Assembly (NCBI RefSeq): GCF_000150275.1
Contig: NW_002060946.1
Coordinates: forward strand, 6,052,597 to 6,116,596
Origin: Trichoplax adhaerens
Taxonomy: Eukaryota > Animalia > Placozoa
DNA: 64,000 nt
Direction: 5' to 3'
The stretch's first letter is position 1. Each line of letters starts with the position of its first letter. This document shows positions 1-12,369 of this stretch, in pieces. The notes under the pieces were generated by a model, which had not been told where the DNA came from, made no database searches, and saw nothing but the letters and a program-made list of their open reading frames with translations. Both the position numbers and the translations under genes were made by a program.

Positions 1-321
1 CCATGTATGACGTAATAGCAATTAGCCAGGTCTAAAATAGCCTAATGATGAGGTAAAATGACATCGCAAACGCAGTAGATCCTTTCAATCTTATATTGCA
101 CTAACCTCAACGAATGGATATGGATGCATTGCCAAAGGATCAAAGTTATTGATCTAGTTTGCTAGCATACGTACAACTAATATTAATAACTACGTGTAAA
201 TGGATTATACTAATGGATAAATACACGCGTATATATGACCAGTACAGTACTTCCCGCAATCCGTCACATGAATTGCAATAATGGACTGATTAATTACAAT
301 TATTATTATTCTGTAATGTAG

Positions 322-3300
322 GTACTCTATACTCATCAGAAAACCAAAAAAGCTAAAACTTGGCAAGATGGGATATTAAAATGGAAAAATACTACTAATA
401 AGGTAACCAAGTAGACTAATCACAGATTGCAGCAATACCAGCATACTGTACATTGTATTAGCAATGAGTAATCATTTCTAAGATAGAGAAACCGCATCGA
501 ATGCCACAATTTTACGAGCCATACAACATGCAAATTACACTATCAAATGCTAACCTAATTCACAGTAAAATAGCCAAAATGAACTTCAATTTACCCTAGC
601 GTATTATCCTTCAATAAGATTTGCTTTAAAAACCAAACAGAGATCGAAAAGAAATTCATATTTTACGATGTCTTGCTGCTGCCATCATTCAAGGATGCTT
701 ATTTTAATTATTCCTATAACTTACCCATTCATTTCTTTAGGCTATGCTGTACGACGAAACTGCATCATCATTACTGGATTCTATATTTATAAAATCCGAG
801 AAGGTTAGTCAACACAACAAATTCCATATTATCAATCAAGATAGTTACAATGACTAAATGAGTGTAAACTTATCCCTGTTCCTACCGTATAGATAGACAA
901 GAGTACATTAAAGATCTATTGAAATGCAATCAACAGATTTGCGCTAGCATTTAGTGCGCATATACCTTAATCTGGCCCTTATTAATAGCCACTCTTTTTT
1001 TATTCAGCTCTCATGCAATATGGATTTAGAAACCGATCGATATTTGATCCTGATCGACGAAGAAATTTCAAATAAATCATCTGTGCAAATATCTGAAGCT
1101 CCTACTAGCTCGATTTCTACCTCGAGCCCTACTGTAAATTATACTAATCAATCTAATTCTGTATGTAAATCCAATGTCCACAATTTCCCTACACAGCATA
1201 TCCCATTGAAACCTAGAAAACGTAAGGTAATACCAATTTAATCCGGATAAATTTTCCATCAGTGATGAAAATACTGAGGAATTGCGTCAATTAACAACTA
1301 CTCTAGTATCAACGTCATGTATACTTACTGCGTATTGATAGCTATAACCACATACGAGTATATATGCACTTGATATTGTTGTATACCTTATATGGAAAGT
1401 TGAAGTGAATAACTCTTTGCTCATTATTCGGTGATATTTACTATCGAGATATTGCTAATTCTGACTATTATTTCAGGCTTTCATGACGCCTTGGTCTAGC
1501 CGTAATAAAATGAACTACTATAATCAAGATAAGAATAATGATATAGTACATACAATACAAGATCATCAAAATACTACCAAAAGTCTGGATGGTAGTGTTG
1601 TAGATAATGCTGGTATACAAACTACAAATAGTAATATCCAACAAGAAGAAAAAGTAATCTATAGCTGTGAAATTTCTAAAATCTCTGAAGAAAATGTAGT
1701 TGATAAATCAAGTGTAGAAATTAGAGATAGTAAGCAATCAAAAGAAGCAATCAATGACCAGAAAACGTCCCAAACTTCTAATAAACAACATGTAAACAAT
1801 TCTGGAGCAGAATTAAGAGATTGCACTATGAGCCAAATACGAGTACAGGAAATAAGCGACAGCCAAAAAGCCTTTCAGTTTTCCAATAAAAAATTTTTAA
1901 ATAACTCTAACATGGAAGATGATGATGAAGTTAGTTGTAATGAAGAGCGAAAAGTGATTGATAGCCAGACGGTTTTTAAAATTTCTGATGATAGCCTTTT
2001 AAATAGCTCTAGCATGGATATAGAAGATCCAGAAATTATTCTAGGACAGAAAATATTCGATAGCCAAGAAATTATTAAAGTTTCCAATGCAAGCCTTCAA
2101 AATAATTTTAATGTAGAAATGGAAGAAAACGATATTAAACAAGAATCGGAGATAATACCCTCAAACACGCCTTCTAATAATAATCATCAGCTTGGAATAA
2201 ACTTAATGGATGAATCGAACAGCTCAACAATTGCTAATCATGCCAGTGGAGTGAAAAACCGCAATCAACTTCAAAATGTTATCGAATCAAATAAGCGGAG
2301 CGCTAACAACATTATCCAATTATTAGGCAACTCCTCTTCGATCAACTGCAAGGAAACTAGTGTAATAAGTGGTAAAAATGTTTATTATTTTGAAATTCTA
2401 CTCGATATTATCAATTTTGTACAATAATCCCATATTGATCATAATTGTTTATATAAGCCATCATAATTCATACTTGACATGAATTATTACCTAATGTATT
2501 CTAGATTCTAGGACAGGAATGGTAAAAGGTCTATATGAAAAAAAATCTACAATAGCCTATAGATCTCCGCTAACGAGAACCAATTTAATGAAACGAGATG
2601 GAAATTTGGATCGATATGATATCGATAATTCTGAAATGATAATGAACAATAATAAGATGACAAAAGGAAATTCTATATCTCAACCAGTGAGTAATAAAAT
2701 TTTGTGTTTGGGGTATACTAAAACATCTTATTATACAAAAAGTATCTTTACTTTTAATAGAAAATTCAGGAAAGAAGCTTAGTTAACAGTGGTTATACCG
2801 ATAAAAACTCAGGTAGATATAGATTATACGTGCAAATTATCATAACTACATAAAAGTGACTTAAATTTTAGTTCGATCACTGTGTATCGTCAAATTTATT
2901 TAGGCAGCCTCAAATTTCCAAGTAATGTTTTGGATAACAATAAATCACTAGAGTCTGAAGATAAAAGAGAAAAATTTTTAAACATCTCTAAGAAAATTGG
3001 AAAAGGAAATGTACCTCACGTAAGTTTTTTAGGCTACCTACTGCGATATTGTCGAAAAATTTATTGCATTCATCAGATCCTGTTTTGATGATACTTATGA
3101 AACAAATCAAATAGCACAATATTGATATATGTTCATAACTACCCCAGATTAATGAAATGTGCAAAGAGTTACATTTCCCATCACGAGATTATTGTCGAAA
3201 AAAACGAATCATTCGCCGTGAAGTTAGAATTTCATCATCATTTGATAATATTCTATCGTACAAGTCGGTCTTAACCTCAGCCATTAGAGGTTTGCGATTT

Positions 3301-6300
3301 TATGTAATATTCATGTTTATTTTTTAGTGATTGATTCAACTAGCATTTCATATGGCTGTAGTATTTTGAGCATATTTACGTTCAATTGTATCGATCTGTA
3401 GAACATTTGAATATTATCTTGTATGAGCTGGCATGCAAATTTCATACTGAGACGGAAAATTGCTCCTCTAAAAGTATGATGAGTACAAGTAACGATCATT
3501 CTGCCAATTCGTTATCGCTACAAAATCAGATGGTAGATAAGAAACTAGTTGTTAGCTCGCGTAGTGAATATAAGGGTGACAATCTAGAAAAGGCTTTGAG
3601 ACGAAAGGTAACAATAATAATTGCCGTATTAACAGATCGAACTGGCTCATTTTAATATTACTTGATAAAATTTCTATTATAGAAAGTATTTCTCTGCCGC
3701 GATTGTACTCTCTTAAGGTATGTTGTGTTTTATTTAATAAGCCGTACATAATGATACATAGCTAATTCTCCAATGACTTCACGACAAGACTATTAATTCA
3801 ATTATTTATTATTATTATATTATCATAGAAAGCAAAAACAGTTTTCAAAGTGGTCTAAAACAAGGGTACCTGCTTCAGTGTGGTTCAAGATTTTATCAAC
3901 CTTGCCATTATATAATAATCACAAACACTATTTCGATTACTTTTAATAATCATCTAGAGAAAATCCAGTAATTGTGACGAGGACGAAGGCTCAAGCCGTA
4001 CAAAAAACTTATTGCTAGTGCTCAATAGGAGAGATAAATCATGCATCTTTTCGAAAGGTATTGACGGTATTTGTAGTGCTATTAAGACTACTTTGAAAAT
4101 AAATATTGCATTAGCAGTAAGGTGCTATGACTTACTGTAATTTCTTTGTTCTGCGGCTTACCTTGTAGATGATATTTGGGTAATTTCTCAACAGCTTAGC
4201 TTCGAACCGTCACTTACTTTTATCGCCAAAAGTACGTTTTATGGTCCATCTTCTTCATCAGAAATAGAAATTGTTCCAATCAGGTATACCTTATATGTTA
4301 AGAAGAACTTTATTCTCGAATTGATATCTAGCTATGCTTTCGATACTTAAAAGCTCTAAATTGATACCTTACATAATTTCTAGCGGTTTCCAGCCAAGTA
4401 AATGGATCTCAGGAAGTCAGTAGAAACTTCTTAAGCTCTAAATATTTTTATAGTTTATAGTGATACCAATCATTTAATTTCCTTATTAATAGGCAATGGT
4501 CGTTCGCTAAATATTAACATGATATATTTACGATATTATTTGCTTATTATTTAGCAACGGTTAATGCCATTCTAGCCTGCAATGGAAGTTCTGAATTCGC
4601 CTGTCTAGATAACCTAGCAACGAAAATTACCGTAGAATCTATGCCAATACTTCCTCATTTATTGCAAAGGTTTAAGCATAAAATACCCCTAGTTGTAATG
4701 AATAATTTAATTTAAAGATAATAACTATCGCTCCTTTAGTCCAAATGCTCTCAATGTCAGTCAGCAAAGAATCTCAGCGAGCAACAGATTTCGTTTCCGT
4801 ATTCCTTCGAATCATACTATAGATGTTCCAGAGACTGATGTGGTGATTACTACTTTAAGATTTAAGCTAGAAGCATATATAATATTGTATCTTATCTTCT
4901 GACTATATACCACGAATATCATAGTATTTATCTCATCATTCTTTTTCCGAAATTGTATCAACCTTCATTACTAGTACGAATTATTTCTTATAGGGCTCTT
5001 TGTTGAATGAAATGATAGTTGCCCACCACCTCAATGCAGTATGTCTACTTGGAGCATTTTTGCTTAATTTTTTGCTCTTTTAAACTAAAGTCGTAAAATC
5101 GTACAATAATTGTCTATTTGGTTAAAATGTGTACAGGATCAGTCACAAGCTTTGAGAGAATGCTGCTCCATACTTCTAAGAAATGAGAAATTGCCTCATT
5201 CCATTACGTTAATACACGGTACTTTCTATTTGGCTAAGTATAGTGCCTTTTTGAACTTATTAATTTCCAACAATTACAGGTGTATTTGGTTCGGGAAAAA
5301 GTTACTTCTTAGCTGTTCTTGTATTGACTATGGTAAAACTTTTCAATATGGAAGTGAGGTAAGGTACTTTTAACTTATCTACTGATGAAGTGAATGTAAA
5401 GCCTACTCTTATAGTGAATCTAGTAATTGATCTATCTAATACGCGCAAGTATTGATATTTGAGCAAGATCACAATAAATATATTTTATAGTAATAATTTG
5501 GAGAAGAAAGAATTTCCTTGGAAAATACTTATATCATCAACAACGAACGTAGCCGTTGACCGGATCTTAATTTAGTAAGATACCAAAAATTTTACTTTCT
5601 TTTATTCCTTCATTATGATTCTATTTCACTTTCATCTGCTAGCTTGCTTAATTTTGGTTTTGAAGCGTTTGTTCGTGTTGGCAGCATGAAAAAAATCTCT
5701 AAAGTTGTTTTGCCTTTTAGGTAATAGAAGGGATATCAGATTTTATTTCTTGTTTCTCTTGTTATCGGAACGATTATAATTATTATAATTTTAATGTGAC
5801 TCTCTAGTGTGCATAGCTCGGGCAGTGATAACGAAGAACTTCGAGAACTGCAAGACATGCTCAAGTCCAACTTGCCGCAATCGGAAAAAAAGTAAGGTGT
5901 AGATTAATTAAAGCGCAGTGTGATATTAGCTAGATGAATTACTCTATCAGATAAGTGAGTAAGCACGGTACAAGAAAACAATAATTGCTAATATTATGAT
6001 ACACTAACAGTCAGGTCAGGAAGGCAATCGAAAGTCTAAAGAAGGGGGAAAATAAAAAGGTATTTCAAGATCAAACTTAAGTATTGTATTTGAAATGTCA
6101 AATACGGAATAGGGTTTTTAGCTATAAGGTATAGTAATTATAAATCCTTTGTTCATCAAAACAGCGACTAGACACTGTGAAAGTTGTTGCCGTTACCTGT
6201 GCTGCAACAGCATTTCCATGCATGCAGCATTTAAAATTTCCAGTAGGTGAAAGTAACTTTTAGGCTTAAAAATATCGCTTCGGAACTGAGCATCTTTCTG

Positions 6301-8810
6301 TACTCGTATGTAGGTATTAATACTAGATGAGTGTAGTCAAATGACCGAGCCTACGTCTTTGCTTCCTATGGCAAGGTGTAATCTCAATATTGTATTTGAT
6401 TTATCTTATAAATGCATATAACAATCCACTAACTTGTTTCTATGAATACAGATTCCAGTGTGAAAAGTGTATACTGGTTGGAGATCCTAAAGTAAGATCT
6501 ACTTAATATTAGAATAGCAAATTTTTTGATTTGCTAATACCCTACAGATAATAATGTATTTTGGTTCATAGCAATTAAGTCCTACGATTCAAGGCTCTGA
6601 GTGCAACCACGACTGTGGCCTTGAACAAACGCTATTTGATAGGCTTCTAAAATTAGTAAGCATTGGCAGTTTTACTACCTAAGAGACGTTAATATTTAAA
6701 GAAATTTAATTCTACTTGTCATGCATAACTTCCAACTTTTAATGTTTAATGCAAATGGAGGATCGTAGCCCTATCGTCTTGCGAACTCAAGTAAGTCGTA
6801 GCCGAAATATCTTTTAAATTGCTGATAATGAAGAATTACAAGTGGCTATTTTTATTTTGCTGTAGTACCGTTGTCATCCTACAATAAGTCAAATTGCCAA
6901 TTGGTACGTTCTTTAAATCATAATAATTAGCGCTGGCATTTACATTTTAGTCGTATCACTAGTTGAACATTATGAATACTAAGAAAATCTTAGTGAATAT
7001 TCTTTGTTGATTTAGTTTATTTTATGAAAATCAACTTCTTAATGGCACTGATGAAAATTTAAGAATGCCTATGTTTCAGGTTTCATTCAGTTGTAAAGTA
7101 TTATATGTGTGAAAAGTTTATTTATGCAGTATTTAACTATAGATAATTTTGGTGTAACTTATCTATTATTTTCAGTCGCAAGAACACATTCCTTTGCCAA
7201 CTCTGTGTTTCTTTGATGTTAGTAATGGACGTGAAAGTTATGATGCATATGGTAGCTATGCAAACGCTCAAGAAGTAAGTTGTAATTACTTTCAGTTATC
7301 TATTTCAAGTACGAATTCATATCAGTAGCTTTGATTACAAATAATTTGTCCTTCCAGGCTATATTTGTCGTTAATCTCTTGAATATCATCGTAAGCTATG
7401 GAACTGCTCCTGAACAAATAGGTTCATACATATACTACATAGAATTTACGTACAACCAAGATTTAGAAAATATTTCTGCTGTATATATGTACAATATCAT
7501 TCTGGTATCAAAGTATTAACTTAAATGCTCAACATATCATTAGGTGTTATTACGCTTTATAAATCTCAACTTCAAGCTATAACAACTAAGCTGTCCTGTT
7601 CTAGGTTTACTTTCATAGTTTTTACTGATTTGCTTTCTCCTATTCCTTATATAATATGCTGGTATTAGGACATAACAGCATGTTGATTAATTCCAACCTT
7701 TATTATTTAGCGTCTTAGCAATTGGTGATATTAAATCAATCCAAATCTCAACGGTCGATGCTTTTCAGGGTGGAGAAAAGGATATCATCATTTTATCGTG
7801 CGTTCGTACGGAGCATACTGGCTTCATAGATTCCGATAAGTTAGTCAATAAATGTTATGTAACAGATGAATATATACACTTATAACGCTTATTACAGCTT
7901 TGGAAATAAATTTTCAATGTTTTATTTAGAGTGTTTACTAATCTTTTACAAAATTCTCTATAGGAGGATGAACGTTGCATTAACTCGTGCAAAAAGGTAG
8001 TATGATGGAAAAAGAAGATAAATTCTATGAATAATTAAAACAAGTTCAAAGAACCATTAACAACATTTTAAATACTGTTTTCTTAGACATCTATTTGTTG
8101 TAGGCAATTATAAAATGCTATCTAAAAATCTTACATGGAATAGAGTCATTGATCATTGTCTAGGTAAAGCCGTAACAGTAATTCTCTTTGTAGCTATTAA
8201 GCGGTAGATGCTGCTGGTGTATTGTCGTACTGTATATTATTGATAATAAGTACAGTGAATAGACTAGTTTCCTGCTAGCGAAATTTGAAACTGTGCGCAA
8301 ATTAAACAATAATTACTTCCCAAAATTATAGCCGAAAAGCATGGATTACAAAACTCAAGTGATATTGTTAGACTGTGGAAAGAACGAGCACATAGCGGCG
8401 GGATTGATTCACAAAATTCTGTCAGTTTTAAAATATTAGCTTAAATTACAATTCTCAGCATATTCTTGTTTCATAAATTTTAATTTCATTACAGATTACT
8501 ATCGAAGACAGTTGTGACAAAGATAACGTTAGGAAAAAGAACATAATTAATGAAAAGATTTTGGAAATTAGCGATAATGGATTGAGTAAGTGTACTATTC
8601 CTGTACAGAGTTCAAGCTGTAGTAAAGTATTAAGTTTGCCTTAATATATTTTGTAATCATTGTTATTCACTTTTTTTCAATGTATTTTAAACAGATTGTT
8701 TACAGTCGTCAGGTGAAAGCTCTAACAATTTTGATACAGAATCGACGGTTTGTAAGGACGTAGAAGATATTCCCAATTTTAATCTTGGAATTGACCTTCG
8801 AATAAATTAA
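322..8810 (+). CDS. ZGRF1: ZGRF1-like protein: N-terminal DUF2439 domain, long disordered linker, C-terminal Upf1-like SF1 helicase; roughly 38-40 exons; start exon not resolved (upstream of 322)
   Basis: Exons 322-402 (VLYTHQKTKKAKTWQDGILKW), 741-803 (AMLYDETASSLLDSIF) and 1008-1226 (DLETDRYLILIDEE) match the ZGRF1/Mte1 DUF2439 N-terminus. Helicase motifs: Walker A ITLIHG|VFGSGKSYFLAV (5138-5360), ILISSTTNVAVDRIL (~5525), Walker B LILDECSQMTEP (~6314), LVGDPKQL, LRTQYRCHP, ISTVDAFQGGEKDIIILSCVRT (~7745), RRMNVALTRAKRHL (~7963-8100). Stop TAA at 8808-8810. Confidence 0.9.
1846..2145 (+). repeat. Three tandem ~33-codon coding repeats, each containing DSQ, in the large ZGRF1 linker exon
   Basis: Units start at 1846 (QEISDSQKAFQFSNKKFLNNSNMEDDD), 1948 (RKVIDSQTVFKISDDSLLNSSSMDIED) and 2047 (QKIFDSQEIIKVSNASLQNNFNVEMEE); spacing 102 and 99 nt. 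Confidence 0.75.
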
Positions 8811-8876
8811 ATGGTGGACCTCATAGCTAAAATTAAATGATTAATCATACCGGCAGTTTGTAGTTGATATGTATAA

Positions 8877-10064
8877 CTATAAAAGATGTTCTATATCGTT
8901 AAAATCTGTCTTATGTACATCTCTTGATATCTTCCTTTGTCTATTGTGTGGTCCTCTGACTCTTTTGCTAACTTCAAGCACTCTGGTTGTCGGATAAGTT
9001 GAGCTCTACGAGTTAAAAAATGCGATTTAAATTACTTTGGAAAGAATTACTGTCGCGATTAAGAAATTTTAAGTTACAGTTAGGAACGTTCAATATCAAT
9101 TTTATATTTTACTGTGATAAAAAATGTTTATTGGGTTACTGTTAGATATCTATCTAGTAAATAGTGCAAAGGTCTTAAAAAATAATATATATATTATAAT
9201 ATACAAAGCTTACCCGGTCGCCATCATTTAAATCGGGTGAATCAATATGAAGCCCTATTGTATTTGATTTCACCTCATCTTTCTCAGTTGCATCGATATT
9301 TGTCCCCTGCGAATTAACCTTTTCATCTGAAGCAGTGGCGGATTGACCAGATTTTCCTCTAAATTTAAGTTTCTGTAATTGTCTAGCCAGAAAAGATGGT
9401 TTTTTAGATTCAGGGTTGTCTTCAGAATTTTCACTTCCAACTGTATCAATGGATTCTGTCGATTTTTCCAGTTCGAATAATTTGGTGTCCTGCGATTCAA
9501 TCATTGATATGGTTGTTTGAGTTTCACTGCATAATTAATCTTCTTTGCTTTAAAATTTATAATATCTAAAGTCTAGTCTTATGATGCTATATTTTTGCCT
9601 ACTCCTACATTGCTATTGTTATTCGATGTTTGACTTGATTTCCTGATCTTAATTGGATTCCAACCGATAGTGCTTAGGAAATTTTTATCCGTTTTTTCAG
9701 ACATGACGTACAATTTTATGTCATTTGCTTTACAGTATTTGTTTAGAATTCTATAATATTTACCAAAAAATACCGAAAGATCAAAATTTTGTAAAAAATT
9801 TCTTAAATATCCACATTTCTGTGCACTACTGATACATCTAATTTATTCGTCATTTATCAACACTTGAGGAGAAGTGATTAAGAAGTGCTTTGTAAATAAA
9901 GTCACAATATATATTGGAAAATTCTGTCTGACCTGATCAATCTGGATCTTGTCTTGTAAGTCTGCTTTAGTTCAGGCGCCACGTTAATCCAATTACCAAA
10001 ATTCATACCACAGTACTTTAAATACCTGGGTAATAGGTATTAAAGCAATCGGCCAAATACTCAT
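8877..10064 (-). CDS. Uncharacterised multi-exon, largely low-complexity/disordered protein; 5' end uncertain
   Basis: Phase-compatible GT-AG exons: ~10064-10026, ~9961-9933, ~9751-9603 (ILNKYCKANDIKLYVMSEKTDKNFLSTIGWNPIKIRK), 9489-9214 (part of ORF 9175..9504, donor CGG|GTAAGC), 9005-8877 (SSTYPTTRVLEVSKRVRGPHNRQRKISRDVHKTDFNDIEHLL*). No family recognised. Confidence 0.5.
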
Positions 10065-12369
10065 ATACAGTATATAAGGTTAATCTTAGTAACGGATTCG
10101 CAGACTAAGCTTAATGACTCAACGGCATCACGCGACATGGAGATATCATGTGAACTGTTCTACAAACAATTCCAACGGGGTCAGCCGCAAGCTATGCACA
10201 GTGTGATACTTAGCCGTACTTAAATATGATTACTTTGAAGATTAAAACATCTCGCCTGTAAATTAACATTTTAACACATTTTGAACAAACTAAAAATACT
10301 ATCTTGTACTGGCTATAGCTGATTTTCCCTTCTTTCCTTGATCAGCTTATTCTAAAACAACTTTATAAACTCTGTAAGGTAATTATTAAACCATTGGACT
10401 AAAATAAAGTAAATCGATTTTACCATCAACTTATGTGCAATGCATAATATGGAAAGATACAAGTAATACATCTACTACAGTTTTATCTTGGCGTAAACGA
10501 TTATAGGATGCGGCACACAGTAGGTCTGCTTAATTCATAAGAGTTGAATGATATTATCCAGTATTTATACCTAGTAAATTTCTTCCTATAACGAAATCGA
10601 GAGAATACGGTTGTATTGTCACAAAATACACTACATCTAGCCTGTACTGTACTGTACTGTACGCCTATACCAATAAAGGTAAAATTCCTCAATTGGAAAT
10701 TGCATCTAAGTATGATAGCTGTGCTTTTCATAAATCTATAAAGCATTATCAAAATCAGTAAAGTGAAAGAAACCAAGCATCCATAATACAATAATCGCAA
10801 CTACTTAATTGCGTATTTAGTATAATTTCAAGAATTTAAATAATACTCCTAGTTAATAGATGTAATCGAATGCTATCATATCATGTACTGCAGCAATTAA
10901 TGCATAAGCAGCAATAAATTATCTTCATTTTTATCTTCCTTATCTAAATTGATAACTATTTGACTATTTGACTCTTATTCTTTCTATCTTTCGAACCTAA
11001 TGCGAGATTTTGGGACATAAAACACTACCTTGGGTTTTCATTAAAATTTTAAGTTATCGTTTGAATTAACTACTGAGCGATGAAAAATTTCTTATCGAAT
11101 TCTTATTTTGTATATATTCAATCTTTCTGCTATTATCTTATAGAAAATTATATTTCCATCCTTATCTGGTTAATAGTATATTATTCTATTAATAGTTAAA
11201 AGAGTTTATTCATGGAATCCTAGTTGGAAATCATAAAGTTTAATACTTATTTTCGTACAAGGTACATTGTATGAAAATACCATATGATTTCGATCTAAAA
11301 CAAACTTTTAAAGTCAATTGAATAAGGTACTGACCCTTTTATACCCCAGATAAGTTTTAAATCTATTCTCTAACTAAATGTTTGAGATACTGTATATTCT
11401 GTTCTAACTTAAGGAATAAGAAAGCTGTTTAATGCTTTATTCTAAAATGTTTATTGTGTGAATCCTTCAGTGAGCTGCCTCAGCTAAATGAAATTGAATA
11501 TGTATGACACATAGTGCATTTTGTTTTTTTAGGTCATACCGCCGTTCTAACCTTGCTAGCCTGTAATTTGTCATTTCTTTTCCGATGCTGCAGTTAATTC
11601 TAAATAGCCGTATATATGCAATTATGCTGTAAGGATTTGATAAGTTCATGAAAAGTCAAACAATAAGTGAACTTGACTAGATTGCCAATATTGAAAGAAA
11701 AAAATTGTCTCTGAAGTTTATTGCCACTTGTAACGACCATTTCCATACAGTAATGATTGTGAATAATAGCTATTTAGCATTTCTTATAATAAAAATTTCT
11801 TTCATTTAACATTTTACATCGTCTATTAGAGCGCCTTTATGTAGTAACGATAAGAGTCACAATCATGCCATAAGTAAATGTTAAATGCACAACATGCTCT
11901 CAGCAGAATGAAAGACAGCTGATTATGCAGAAGGATAATTTTTGTCAGGAAATTTTAAGCAGTGACTTTTTAAGATTTACTTTAAGAATAGCAGTATCGA
12001 TGGCAACTATGACCTTACGATAATTTTTAGCCAACGGCATTAAACAGATGGTATTCAGGGAACAAAAGCAAAGTAGTTATTGCAACAACGAATCTAATAC
12101 GAGATGTATAAGTTACATTATAGGTACATCAAGCGTTATCAGCAAACAAACCGGTATAGCAAAAGCGAAGGCCATTCATGTAATTCCGGCAATGCACTCT
12201 CATGAACATACACCGTAACGCAAAGGGTAATGATTATTTTTGAATATTAAGACACTGACTCAGAAATATTTGTACGCATATTTTCCAGCCTTCTTAAAAG
12301 GACTTGCGTAATTCATGAAATCTGTTTGTCTAGCCTATAGGAATTTATACAATTGATTTGTGATATTCA

